Of a stretch of DNA of 64,000 nucleotides, positions 26,761 through 40,528 are shown piece by piece. This stretch comes from Octopus vulgaris (lineage: Eukaryota). The translations under genes were made by a program, and so were the position numbers. The number at the start of each line of letters is the position of its first letter. Position 1 is the first letter of the stretch. The stretch covers positions 40,052,001-40,116,000 of the forward strand of contig OX597831.1 in NCBI GenBank assembly GCA_951406725.2, given 5' to 3'. Below the pieces are notes generated by a model. The model saw only the letters and a program-made list of their open reading frames with translations, did not search any database and had not been told where the DNA came from.

Positions 26761-27134
26761 ACTAGAGCACTCAGAGAGTGCAAACCTCTGCCAAGGCAAC
26801 ACCAGCGTTCTCTCAATGATTTGCCAGAGATGACTTTTAAAATGAGAATATCTGAAATAAACTCAACTGCTCTCCCAAACAAGAATACTAAAAATGAATC
26901 CAACCGCTCTCAAAAATTAAGTAAAAAAAAATCCGGTAAAATAATCCAGAATCCTTGTCTAGTACTGGATTGATCCCAAAATCTAATCAGTTTGTGCCAG
27001 TCACGAGGCCAAACATCCCTGAAAGTTTCATTTGAATCCATCCAGTGGTTCTTGAGATATCTTGTCCACGGACAAACGAATAAACAAACATGACTGAAAA
27101 CAATACCTCTGTCTTCGCTAAGGTGGAGGTAATA
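26761..27134 (-). mobile_element. Helentron-associated (HINE/DINE-like) element; second copy at 53656-54012
   Basis: Terminal hairpin ACCTCTGTCTT..AAGGTGGAGGT, (AAAC)n microsatellite, subterminal AGAGCACTCAGAGAG..CCAAGG. Inserted in an (AAT)n tract. Confidence 0.55.
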
Positions 27135-27368
27135 ATAATAATAATAATAATAATAATGGTTTCAAATTTTGGCACAAGGCCAGCAATTAAGTCAATTACA
27201 TTGACACCAGTGTTCAGCTGGTACATGCTTTATCGACCCCCCAAAAAGGTAAAGTCGACTTCAGTGGAAATTGAGCTCAGAATATAAAGACGGATGGAAT
27301 GCCCCTAAGCATTTTGTATGGCACAGTAACAATTCTGTAAGTTCACCACACTGATGATGATGATGATG

Positions 27369-27410
<42 letters not shown>

Positions 27411-27524
27411 GATAATGATAATAATTTAGTAGTTGCTTTTCCTGTAGTTCCAATGAAAGTGTCTTGAGATGTTGTCTTCAGGGAACGAAAACCAACCAAA
27501 CCGTTTATTATTATCTGAAACAGA

Positions 27525-27555
<31 letters not shown>

Positions 27556-28755
27556 AATAAGAGGGCTGTGTGAAACTAAACCAAGGAGTTGGCAGTGGCG
27601 GGCGGGTGGGGGTGTGGCCGATGAATTTTAAGCATTTAAATTAATTGCCCCTGAGCTAGTTAACATTATTACTTCTCTTAAGATTTTTCGCTAGACTTAA
27701 AGCTGGCAGAAAACAAAAGAATGGAAGCAGAAGAAAACTGGGAAACATGATGATGATGATGGTTATGGTGATGGTGGTGATGATTTATGATGGCGGCAGT
27801 GGTGGTGATTATTATGGTGGCGGTGGTGGTGATTATTAAGGTGTGGGTGATGATGATCATTATGGTAGTGGTGATTGTTGTGATTATGATAGTGCTTGTT
27901 GTGGTGACAGTGGTGATGGTAATAGTGGTGGTGGTGGTGGTGGTGTCAGGTGATGTGCATAGAACTTGTGGTAGTAGTTGTGATAGTCAAGTATATTACA
28001 AAGTGATAGTTCTAGTAGTGACACGGAAGTAGCAGTAGTTGTTTTGGTGGGACATAGAAGTGACTATGGTGATGGCGGTTGTAACAGTAGTGGTGGTACG
28101 AAAAAAAAGGTGCCCCAGCCTGACCACAGCTGCCTGGCTGAAATGAGTGAAAGAGTATAGGGCAGTGTGTAATTTGCGGGAGATTTGGCTGCTATTTCTA
28201 GCGGTCAAGTGTCCATACAAATGCGTTCCTTCATCAGTTTGTAATTGCGTTGGTGTTGACATCAGTGGTGATAATAGCAGAAAGGTGTGCTGAGGTAGGG
28301 AGTGAATGGGGGGGAGGCAGGAATTGGTGGGGGGACGGGAGTCAGGAGCACCAGTTCATTGTAACCACGGATGACTGGATTCGATTGGATGCCTTTTCAA
28401 GAAGCTGATCATCCAGCTGTAAAAACACCTGTTCTAATGGAACCTGTCATGCAGAGAGACATTGCTCTACCATTCCAGGTTGGTGGTGGTGGTCATGGAG
28501 GGGGGAGAGATAAAAAGAAAAATGTAATAGCTTTTATTGTTTGTTATTTATTGTTTCTGTTGTTTTATTGTTGTTTTAATAATAATTAACCCTATCATTG
28601 TGTAGTTTATGAAATTCATTTCCTAACCACACTGTTTTGAGTTCAATCCCACTGTGTAGCACCTTGGGTGAATGCCTTCCACTATAGCACTGGGCCACTC
28701 TCAAAGCTTTGTGAGTAGATTCAGCAGACAGAAGCTTCATTCAGCTTCTGTCTGC

Positions 28756-29170
28756 GAGCTGGCAGAAACATTAGCACACCGGGCGAAATGCTTAGCGGTA
28801 TTTCGTCTGCCATTACGTTCTGAGTTCAAATTCCGCTGAGGTCGACTTTGCCTTTCATCCTTTCGGGGTCGATAAATTAAGTACCAGTTACGCACTGGAA
28901 TAGATATAATCGACTTAATCCATCTGTCTGTCCTTGTTTGTCTCCTCTGTGTTTAGCCCCTTGTGGGTAGTAAAGAAATAGAAATAGGTATTTCGTCAGC
29001 TGTTATGTTCTGAGTTCAAATTCCTCCGAGGTCGACTTTGCCTTTCGTCCTTTTGGAGTTGATAAATTAAGTACCAGTTATGCACTAGGGTTGATGTTAT
29101 CGACTTAATCCCTTTGTCTGTCCTTGTTTGTCCCCTCTATGTTTAGCCCCTTGTGGGTAATAATGAAATA
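28756..29170 (+). mobile_element. SINE family B (Meta-domain-like), tandem dimer
   Basis: GAGCTGGCAGAA head, GAGTTCAAATTCC B box, GTCGACTTTGCCTTTCATCCTTTCGGGGTCGATAAATTAAGTACCAG body, repeated from about 28988. Confidence 0.8.
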
Positions 29171-29549
29171 AGAAGCTGAATGAAGCTTGTCATTTGGTGT
29201 GTACGTGTGTGTTTGTTTTTGCTCCTTTTTTTACCTTTTTGCATTTGATATAGAAATGAGCATCACTGACACACAGGTGGTGACTCATTTCCAGATTTCC
29301 ATGTAAACCTGTCTAGCTGTGAGAAAAATATGACCTTGCTTGCTTGGAAACGGGTGAAGGTTGGCAACATGGAGATCATCCAGCCACAGATAATCTGCCT
29401 CAATGAATTCCATGTGTCCCATGCAAGCATGGACAAATGGTTATTAAAACAATAATTTACCTTTATTATTATTATTATTTTAAAAAAGATTGATGTAACT
29501 CTTCACAAAAGTAAACAGTCACAACAAGTAAACAAAAGTAAAAAGTAAA

Positions 29550-29949
29550 GGCGCAGGAGTGGCTGTGTGGTAAGTAGCTTGCTAACCAACCACATGGTTG
29601 CGGGTTCAGTCCCACTGTGTGGCGTCTTGGGCAAGTGTCTTCTGCTATAGCCCCGGGCCGACCAATGCCTTGTGAGTGGATTTGGTAGACGGAAACTGAA
29701 AGAAGCCCGTCGTATATATATGTATATATGTGTATATATTTGTGTGTCTGTGTTTGTCCTCCTAGCATTGCTTGACAACCGATGCTGGTGTGTTTACGTC
29801 CCCGTCACTTAGCGGTTCGGCAAAAAGAGCCCGATAGAATAAGTACTGGGCTTACAAAGAATAAGTCCCGGGGTCGATTTGCTCGACTAAAGGTGGTGCT
29901 CCAGCATGGCCACAGTCAAATGACTGAAACAAGTAAAAGAGTAAAAGAG
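29550..29949 (+). mobile_element. SINE family A, full length
   Basis: GGCGCAGGAGTGGCTGTGTGG through GACTGAAACAAGTAAAAGA. Confidence 0.9.
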
Positions 29950-31957
29950 AGAGTCAAGACGAAGAACGCGATTCGATTGTAATAGATATTTTATTGGATG
30001 AACGATATTTCAACAGTATGTCTGTCTTTGTCAAGTTGAAAATTCAAAATTATAGAACGAGAGCAACCAGCTGGATGTAGTGGGGGTGGGGTGATTATTA
30101 AGATGATGATTGTGGTGGTGGAAGTCATGGTGGTGATTAAGGTGATAGTGATGATGTTGCTCTCGTTCATAATTGAATCGCTACCCTGTTATTGCCTCCT
30201 TAAAACCTTCCACTGCCCCCAGTGGGGACAATACCATCCACTTTGAGAACCATTAAGCTAGAAGAATCATTATTATGGTTGGCAAAATGCTTTGTGGCAT
30301 TTCATCTGTCTTTGTGTTCTGAGTTCAAATTCCACCGAGGTCAACTTTGCCTTTCATTCTTTTCATGGTTGATAAATTAAGTACCAGTGAAATACTGGGT
30401 GGGGTCGATGTAATTAACTAGTCACCACCCCAAAAATTTCAGGCCTTGAGCCTTTAGGAGAAAGGATTATTATTATGAAGGTAGCAACCCACTAAAATCA
30501 TTAGCGTATTGGACAAAATACTTAGATGCACTTCTTGCAACGTTTTATGTTCTGAGTTCTAATCTTGGCCAATTTTGCTTTTTATTGTTTCAGTGTCAAT
30601 AAAGGGTTGTTGTTGATCAGAGTTGACCTGAGCCTAACCAAGGTCATATGAGTCTGCACAGCACCTTGGGGTTGTTATATTGTATACTGTATCCTCAAGT
30701 TGATTTGGGCTTTGAGTGTGTGGAGGAATTTACTTGATGGAAACTGGATGGAAGCCCATTGTGTACATTTTTGTGTGTTTGTATGTGTGGGGGAGAGAGA
30801 GAGAAAAGAGAGAGGGTTTCTAAATGTTTGACACATGAATTTTGATTACAATATGTATAATTATAAACAGCTTCTATTATCTGTTCATACACACACATAC
30901 ACACACACACACATACATACTCACATTCACACACACGCGTGCATGTGCTCACATGCACAACTAACTACACATTCACACACAATTATAATTGTGGATAAAT
31001 TGCAAATTAGCATCTCTCATTGAAATAAAGAACACCTGATTTGAATTCTGTATTCTTTCTGAATATTTTCAAGAGTTTAGCTTTGAAAAGTTAACAATTA
31101 TTACCAATCTTTGGAAGCTATTTGCATTTGTATTCTCTAGGCATTTATTGGAATCAGACTATTGGTAGAAACACAGCCCTCACCCACCTTGTGCGCCACT
31201 TCACATCATTCCAAGCCAATGGGCATTTTCTAGCTATACTGTTACCTTGAATATTCTATAGTGCATTCTCATTAAGTTCTTGTCTTATACTATTTATTTA
31301 TATTATTTATATCCTAATTGTTAGAAGCTGTATTTCCTTGTGTTCTATTTTTCTTATTCTTAACAATACTTTCGTCTTTAATTAAACTGGTATCTGCAAT
31401 TTCCTTGTTACTGTATTGTGCTCTGTATCCAGGCTGAATGAATGTACTACTTGTTTTAAGTCCAAACCAGCCAGATCCAGCCTCTCACACATACCCTGCA
31501 ATGTCATTCTGAAAGTAAACAATGACATCATTTGAAATGCTGAAGCCTACAAGATAATCCATGATTAATTCAGATCAATGTGGATAAATAGGCATATTGA
31601 TTTGATACAATAATCTGAATGCTAAAGGGTTTAGCTAGTGAAACATTAATGAGAGACAGACATACAAATTGATGGTGGGGGAAAAAAAGTGAGAGAAAAA
31701 GTAGACAATCTATGGTGAAATATTGATGGAGATTCAGGATAATACATGTGTATTTGTGTATGGTAGCTGTGGGCATATATCTTTTACAGCCTTCATTTGA
31801 AGTATTTTCCCTGTTCCTTCTTTTGATGTAGGTCTGTCCTGTTATTTGTATGACTCAAGGATTTTAGTTCAGACAGTTTGGTCATGGTGCTTTATTTTTT
31901 TTTCCCCCCCACATATTGTGTTGTTTTCTCTGGCTTGTGTTGGTTTGGCACATGCTA

Positions 31958-32502
31958 TTGGGTTGCCCGGAAAGTTTGTGCCGATTTTTAAAGGCAAGAA
32001 AAAGGTCAATAAATACTTGCCATTACACATTTTTAATCAACCAAATATGAACCATTTTGTTACACAATGCATCTCCATCTGTCCTTTTACTTGAAAATAC
32101 CCTCTTCCCAGAATTGAGGTGGTTTCATGGCAAAGAATTCGTCAAGGTATCTTTTTACGTCATCCAAAGAATTGAAATTTTTACCATTAAGACTATTCTG
32201 CAGAGACCTGAATAAGTGGAAATCCAAAGGAGCAATATCTGGTGAATATGGAGAGTGGGGTAACACATCCCAGCCAAGATGCAGCAATTTTTGTCTGGAT
32301 CCCAAAGCATCAAGTACCGAAAATGAACTTTCTTACCTTCCATTTTAAAGGATTACAGAATTAACACAGGTTATAAGAAGATAAACCTTCTTCCACAAAA
32401 AGATAGCTGAAACTGTGCTCTAAATGGAGCTGTAGTCAAATCCTATTTATAAGTCGAAAGGTAAGCTGCTATAAATCGGCACGGATTTTCCGGACAACCC
32501 AA
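31958..32502 (-). mobile_element. Internally deleted mariner, second copy
   Basis: TA TSDs, same TIRs and the same YSPDIAP remnant as 13920-14484. Confidence 0.92.
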
Positions 32503-32701
32503 TACATGGTCATGGCAGATGAGAAAGTATTTTATGGTGATGGGGGTTGACTAGAACGCTGCCTGGAATGACCCAAGCAAATACCAACAGATGGTGTATG
32601 CAGCAATGCTCTACAACAACGCATGTCCCCATTTCTGACCTTCATTGGCTGTTTCCATTTGGTCTGAGATGTGTTCTTCCTCTCCACCATCCTGATATTA
32701 A

Positions 32702-32921
32702 CCCCATTAAGTCCCTTAAATTTCTGAATATTACTTTTAAATTTTTACAGACAATTGAAAATAGGTTAAAATGAAAAAAAAAACAATTATTAAAACTCCT
32801 TTACTTCAAGTAGAAATGGAAATACTCGGTGTCCTATAAATAGGACACTGAGACAATGTGATATAGCTTATTTAATGTTCTCATTTAATGTCCTATTTAT
32901 AGGACAGTGGGACTTAATGGG
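32702..32921. mobile_element. piggyBac-like MITE
   Basis: TTAA flanks, TIR CCCATTAAGTCCC/GGGACTTAATGGG, internal palindromes TGTCCTATAAATAGGACA. Confidence 0.65.
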
Positions 32922-33239
32922 TTAACTTGTCAAGATCCTCTCATTGTCAGGTCAATTAATGACATTATCTTCATTTATAGTTGGTTAACCATGACTCATT
33001 TTTATGCCTGTTAATTTTATCATAGGATCTACCCAGTTCCATTTTAGCCCTTCTGTTACCATCTATCTGTTAAAATTTGCAGCTTTCATTTCAACTAATT
33101 TTTAAAATAACGAAGAATTTAGTAAAATAATTTTGTCATTATTAAACTGGTGTTTAGAATATAAATTAACATATTTTGTTTGAAGGCTTAAAATTAGACA
33201 ACATTAAAACAGAGTTTGCATCATAGAATGAGCTATGAT

Positions 33240-33645
33240 CCAAACTTTGGCATCGAGAGTTACACAAATACTAGAACTGGGCACCACTGCATAGTGCCAA
33301 GGACTCCAAATTTGCCATCAAGATGTAGGACAAGATATTTGCAATAGCCTGGGCTTCAGATTTCCACAGCTCTTCAATAGCCTCCAGAAGGACCTGAGAG
33401 ACCTGCATGGGGTGGATGTAGGAGTCTTCAAAATAAAGCTGGACCTTTTCCTGTCAGGTGTCCCTGATGAACCAACTTCGTGGCAGGAAGTGCAAATGAG
33501 GGCAGCTGCATCAAACTCTCTCATGCACCAAATGTCAATAGCTAAAAAGTATTTGTGAAGTAAAATTATGTAAAGGCACCAAATGGCGGTACCCCAGCAT
33601 GGCCACAGCTTGTAAGCTGAAACTAGATGAAAATGAAATAAAAAA
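33240..33645 (+). mobile_element. 5'-truncated non-LTR retrotransposon (probably CR1 group), ORF2 C-terminus and tail
   Basis: Reads PNFGIESY...[frameshift]...SLGFRFPQLFNSLQKDLRDLHGVDVGVFKIKLDLFLSGVPDEP...RAAASNSL...*. Its 3' tail is shared with SINE family A. Confidence 0.75.
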
Positions 33646-35083
33646 AATTAAAAAAATATGATATCAGGCATGTTGATCTCAAAAGGATTAAATGTTTATC
33701 CTCTTGGAGAATGTAGAGTTTATTGTGTATACCACACTATTGTTTGTTCTTACAGAAGATACATGTTTAAGTGGTGATAAATATTAGCCCTCGGTGTTGT
33801 GTATGTTTAATAAGACGTTTGCTCCTTATGTATGTATATATGTGTGGGTATGTTTGTGTCTCCTTGTCTTGACATTGTATGATACAGTAATACTTCACTT
33901 TATGAGGACCCGTTTTATGAGACCCCCGGGTTTACGAATTTAATTCTATTATAAATATAAAAAGGTTGAGCAGCCACTTTGTGTGTGTGTCTGTGGCCAC
34001 ATCGCAACATGTGGCAACACTGGTTCAGATTCGTCTACACAGTGATGGAGTAAAATGACAGCATAAAATTTTCATTGTTGCTATGGGAAATCATTACTCC
34101 GCTTTACGAGTTTTCACATTACAAGCAGTCTCTGGGAACAAATTAACTTGTATATCGAGGCATAAGTTTAGTTGTAAAACGAAGGTCTCTGTCATACAAG
34201 GAATGTCATTCATTTCCAGTATTCTGTTCTGTGAAGACATGTCTGGCCATAGGGGTTCAATACCTTGTTTGGAAACAGATGAGAGTTGGCAACAAGAAGG
34301 GCATATCTGGCTATGAAAAAACCGGCCTGAATAAAATCCAGCTAACCCATGCCAGCATGGTAAAATGGACATGAAAATGATGCTGATGCTGATGATCCTA
34401 CACACACACACACTCACACACACACACACACAGAGGTACAGAAATAATGTGTTTTTAAGTTGGGATAAATTCATGGCCATGGACATCTGATCAGTTCTTT
34501 TCCTTTCTTTCTTATTTCCCTATAAAAGAAATCATCATCATTGTAAGCATGGCATTTCTCGAATAGGTCATAGGTCGTTAGTCATTACCCCCTCCTTTAA
34601 TTCTCGAAATGGATTTGGATGTTCTTTGTTAGGTACAGCAAAGGACAAAAACCAGAACTTGTTTCCTCGTTTGTCTCTTGCCTGCGTTAAGCCCTCACAG
34701 TATCCCTGGATGTAATTATTGAAAACTAATCTGATTGATTGAAAAATTAATTATTTAATATCCTCTGACATAGTTGCCATTACTTTGGAATAAATCTTTT
34801 TATCTTTTACTTATTTCATCACTGGACTGTGGCCATGCTGGGGCATTGCCCCCAACAGCTTGTAGTCGAGCAAATCAATTCCTTCTATAGTTAGGGTTTT
34901 TTTTCTTTTTAAAGTCTGATACTCATTCTCTTAGTCTCTTTTGCTGATCTGTTAAGTTATTTGAATGTAAACAAACCAACACTGGTTGCCAACTGATGGC
35001 GGTGGAGCAGTGACAGACACACAGACACATAGTTGACATAGAGACATAGCAAATTTAACAATTTCCTTGTAGATTGAAAAATT

Positions 35084-35143
35084 GATGAACAGCCTTAAAT
35101 GATTTTCGAACCTTATTGGGGTCTCATCAGAGGTGTTTACATC
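35084..35143 (-). ncRNA. Type I hammerhead ribozyme motif with intact core
   Basis: Minus strand GATGTAAACACCT-CTGATGA-GACCCCAATAAGGTTC-GAAA-ATCAT-TTA-AGGCTGTTCATC. Confidence 0.7.
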
Positions 35144-36273
35144 ACATACACTCACATATATATGAATATAAATACATTTGTATATACATATATACGTCCT
35201 CACATTTTCTGTCTACCAAGTTATTTACTCACAAGGCTCTGATCAGTCTGGGGCTATCATAAAAGACTACTGCCCAGATGCCATGCAGTGGGACTGAACC
35301 CAAAACCTCATTGTTGTAAAACGGGCTACTTAACCACATAGACATGCCCGGATTCATTTTCTTTAGTTCTTTTCTTTTTTTTTTTTTTTTTGTCTCATTT
35401 CTTTTGTAATTACTATACAGAGATTTAGAGTTGATTCTTCATAGCATCTTTATTTTGATTTTTTTTTTCTTTTTGTTTTCCTAGTTTGGTGTGCATTCAC
35501 TCCATTCAGAGTTGTGCTGTAGACTTTTAAACTAGCAATAAGCTCCCATCAGACTGAAGTCATCCATGTCCTGAATTTCAATCCCAATTATCTTTACTCT
35601 CATTAGCTACATTCCTTTGAAGTTAATATGATTCATTTATTTCTCGTCTTTTTGTAAATATCTTAATGTTTCATATGCATCTGTGGTATTTGCGGAAAGC
35701 TAACGTGTCCATCGAATTCAAATGAGATATCGACCAGAGGGAAAAGTAAAACAGTATTTTAAAAAAAAGAAAATGATGGCGTTGTCAATTATTTTTAACT
35801 GACTACTTTTATTAACATATAAATATGTCTCTGTGCGTGTCTGTATCATTTTTGGTGTCATTGTTTTGTAACGTCCAGTTTTCCTTGCTTGCATGAGTTA
35901 GAAGGATTGATTCTATTGAGACAGATGTTGTGTGGCTGGACGCCTGCCCTTGCTGTCGCCAACCCTCACTTGTTTTGAAACAAGGTGATATTTCCTCATG
36001 ACCGGACGCATGCTTCACGAAGATTGGAAACAAATGACACCCCTCGTATGACAGTGACACTCATTTACAACTATCAAGCAACATCAAGGTGTGAAGGCAC
36101 ACACAAGATCCTTATAGCCACAAACATAACAAAAGTCTACGTACTTACTGGGAAATTAACCACCCCACAGCAAGCCAGGGTACTATATTGGCAAGCTAAT
36201 TTTGCTTGAAATTAAAGCTCATCAGTAGTAGTATTCCATCGCTGATAGTTGAGCCAAATCCTACCTGTCAGTA

Positions 36274-36553
36274 CATCATCATCATCGTTTAACGTCCACT
36301 TTCCATGCTAGCATGGGTTGGATGATTCGACTGAGGTCTGGCGAACCAGATGGCTGCACCAGACTCCAATCTGATCTAGCAGAGTTTCTACAGCTGGATG
36401 CCCTTCCTAATGCCAACCACTCCGAAAGTGTAATGGGTGCTTTTACGTACCACCGGCACGAGGGCCAGTCAGGCGGCACTGGCAGCGGCCATACTCAAAT
36501 GGTGCTTTTTATGTGCCACCTGCACAGGAGCCAGTGCAGCAGCTCTGGCAACA
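36274..36553 (-). mobile_element. RTE 3' UTR element (family C)
   Basis: Near-consensus reverse complement, with (CAT)n tail. Confidence 0.8.
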
Positions 36554-37990
36554 TAGATATATATATATATATATATATATAGGATAATAAAATGGACAGT
36601 TTACACTTGGTAGCTTACTGGTAAAGCATGTTCACTTTCATGAACCAGTTGCTGAGTGTCTCACCTATGAGGGATCAATGCTACATATGTCAAAACAGTT
36701 GTCATGATTAATAACAAATTCTCTTTTATTCCATCTTCTGTCTTTCATTTGCCTTATATACGTAATGACATGGTTATTGTACCAAATTCTTCATTGTCTT
36801 CAAAATTATTGAAACAAAGAAGAGTGCATTTCAAATGAGATATGGTAGCAAAGGACTTGAGGTATTCATGCATGTGTAAACATGAACTTTGTTTTTACGA
36901 GTTTTATATATTTCTATAGGTTTTCATTAATTCCATCAATATAAGCTCCACCCTTCTCCTATAGCTTCCTGCCTTCCTTGTAATATTAATCTATTCCTCT
37001 CTCCACACCCCACCTCTGCTTTTTTATATTCTTTGATCTTTTTGACTGTTGTTTTTTATGCTCATTATTTCTCGTTTAAAAAAATTTACAAAACAAAAGG
37101 GAAAAAAAGGAAATGAATTATGTTTTTTTTTTTTTTTCTTTTTTGGTTACATTCTGTATAAATGTTTGTGTGGTGTACTTTCTCTTGTGACTGACAACTA
37201 GTTACCCTCCTAATAATTAAAAACAAAAATGGAAGCACGAGAGAAATATTAGAGCTTTCTCATAATTAGCAGCTTGTTTATCTGTTTGTGTATTTCTTTA
37301 CAAATTTTCACACACACACGTGTGTGTGTGTGTGTGTGTGTGTAAATCTCGTTATGCAAGCATGTCTAAGTGTCCATTTGACTGAATGCAGTACATGTGA
37401 ATGTGTTTCCATTCATGATTTTTGCTTCATATTTTTCCACCAATAAATATGTGTATTTCCTTCATGCATGTGTCTGTGTGTGTGTTTTTATGGGGCATTA
37501 CATATAAATAACTTCATTTGAAGTTATGTGTATGAGAGGGTGTGTGTGTGTGTGTTTGTTTTTGTGCCTTTGTGTGTCATTATTACGTTCAGTTATTTCA
37601 ATTAGAATGTGATTGTATGCAAACAAGCTTCTGTTTGTATTTGGACCGTTAAGTTTATTGTATTGTGTGTGAATTTCTTGCTTTAAATATCTTCATTCAT
37701 TCTTAGATTTTTGCCTTTGATTGTGCACAAGCGTGCAAGACTTGCTGTGTAAGAATGTATTTCGTGTTTTAGAATATTATCACAATTGTGTCTGAGTGTT
37801 TGTGTAAAATATAAAAGAATATACTTCTTCGTTTTAGCTTTTTTTAGTATTTCTTTTTTCTTGTGTATACATGTAAAGATACTTTCACACATTTTGATTT
37901 TCTATGAATGTGTATAAAGTTGTTTGGATTTTATCTCCCCACTCTCCCAGATTTCAGGCCTTGTGCCTATAGTAGAAATGGTTATTATTA

Positions 37991-38890
37991 TTGAGTGAGA
38001 GAGTAGCACATGCCATCAAAGTGACACTGGGGTACAAATATATGAAGCCCAATATACCCATCGTGACTACCCGTCTGATAAGGGTACACCAGGTACATGC
38101 ATCACAACCACATGTATGCAACATGGTGATCTCATATCAACATCAACAATGCGTGACCTTGCAAGTGAGCTCTGTTAGAATTTTCTTCTGATTGAGTCAC
38201 CCAATTACTATTATTATTAAGGCGACAAGCTGCTAGAATCATTAGCACACTGGATTAAATGCTTAACAATACTTCGTCCATCGCTACATTCTGTGTTCAA
38301 ATTCCGCCAACATTGACTTTGCCTTTCATCCTTTCAAGGTCAATAAAATAAGTACCAGTTGCATACTGGGGTTAATGTAATTGACACATCCCCTTCCTCA
38401 AAATTACCGCCCTTGTGGTAAAATTTGAAACCATTATTATTATGATTATTCTTATTATTATTGTTGTTGTTGTTGTTATTATTGAGTATGAGAGCAGTAC
38501 ATGCCATCAAAGTGACACGGAGGTAAAATATACAATGCCCAGTATACCCAACATGACTACCCATCTGATAAGGGTACACTAGACACATGCATCACAAACA
38601 TATGTGCGCAACATGGTGATCTCATATCAACATAAACAGTGTCATGACCTTGCAGGTGGGAACCAGTTAGAATTTTCTTCAGGTTGAGTAGCCCATCCCA
38701 CTCAAAAGGTCTCTGAATAAGGGTTGTTTGAGGATGCTCAGCGAAACACCCAGGTTTTCAGGAATGAATTATTCAAAACCCCAAAAATTCCACTCAACAC
38801 TACTTCTGCTCATGATCAGAAATGCACATATCATCAGCCACTAAGGGAAGTGTTCAACTGGTTATGGTTAAACAACTGACACACAGATTA
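37991..38890. mobile_element. Two copies of an unclassified interspersed repeat (37991-38205 and 38482-38890) around a family B SINE; further fragment at about 49150-49290
   Basis: Shared CATGCCATCAAAGTGACAC...GATAAGGGTACAC...GGTGATCTCATATCAA. Confidence 0.65.
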
Positions 38891-39196
38891 TTGGTATTAC
38901 TGCCACCTGTTTCATGAACCACAACTGCTTAACCTTCCAAGCTAACCTGTCATATCTATCGACTTTTCTTTCTTCCTTATTGCATACCTTGTTATCAGCT
39001 GGGCATGCTATATCTATGATCCAGCATCATTTGCTTTCTTTCTCAATTAATACTATGTTTGATTTTGTATTCTCTTGCAACCTGTTCTCCTACTCAGGGT
39101 CTTCCCTTGTGTTTTTGGTATGAGATTTGCATGTGTTGGTTTACAGCCAAGGAAAATATGTGTTTATGCACACACACATGCACTTGGCTGTGTATG

Positions 39197-39239
<43 letters not shown>

Positions 39240-39243
<4 letters not shown>

Positions 39244-39420
39244 GGAATTTACAAAAGAAATAAACAAAACAAAAGACGAAGACAGGTGTGTAAACAACAG
39301 ACAGATGTATTAGTTTAAAGCTTGGGAAGTGAGAAAGTCTTTTACGTTTCGAGCCTATGCTCTTCAACAGAAAGGAACACAGAAATAAACACGGAGAGAA
39401 AATTTTAAAAAATGGTTTAG
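39240..39420 (-). mobile_element. Penelope-like fragment with minimal hammerhead variant; related copies at about 19600-19750 and 63238-63372
   Basis: Minus strand CCTTT-CTGTTGAA-GAGCATAGGCTC-GAAACGTA-AAAGA, next to (TA)n. Confidence 0.5.
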
Positions 39421-39774
39421 TGGCTAGCGATCAATATGTATATATATAATTATATAATAATTAGCTGTACAATCAGGTGACTTAAAGGTTGAGAGTTTCA
39501 TGGATTGCATTCGTCAGATGCATTAAAACACTCAATCCTTGATTTACTTGTGAAACTTTGCAGGTAATTAAAATATAAGTGTGTGTTGGGTGTGCCTGAT
39601 TGGTTTTTGTGTGTGTGTGCTCTTATATATTCAGTTCTGTTTCTCCCATTCCATCAAACCTATACACTCACACACACACACATATATATGCATTCATGCA
39701 CACACATATATATATATATGCTCATGCACACACACACACTCATATATATATATATATGTATGTATATATATATA

Positions 39775-39830
<56 letters not shown>

Positions 39831-40198
39831 AACATGGAACATGAGTGTTAAATGGTGATGATGATGATATATATATAGAGAGAGATGTTGACAGCTTGTT
39901 TGCAATCTAGAAAGGGCGGGGTGTAATTGAATCAATTAATTGTTTTGGCTACAGCTGTTGTAGCAACAGTGATAATTTTCAACAAATGAAGACAATATCG
40001 TCAAAGAGAAAATAATTTTTTTTTTGCAATCTTCCCTCTACTGTTGTCTACTGCTTCTTAAAGGGGCTAAATACTATTAAAGACCACTTCTTCTGCTAAA
40101 ATGATACCATTTAATAAACATGTTCCACCGCAGGTTGTTATACCAAATTACCATTGTAGGAGAAATGATTGCTGTTGTTGTTGTTGTTATCATTATTG

Positions 40199-40253
<55 letters not shown>

Positions 40254-40257
40254 ATTG

Positions 40258-40490
40258 GTGAGCTGGCAGAATCATTATCATGTCAATTAAAGTACTTGGA
40301 GTCATTTTGTCTGCCTTTACATTCTGAGTTCAAATTTCAGCAAGGTCGACTTTGCTTTTCGTTCTTTTGGGTCGATAAATTAAGTGCCAGTTGAGTACTG
40401 GGGTCAGTGTAATCAACTTGCCCCCTTCCCCCAAGATTACAGACTTTGTTCCTATAGTAGAAAGGATTATTATTGTTATTATTATTTTTA

Positions 40491-40528
<38 letters not shown>

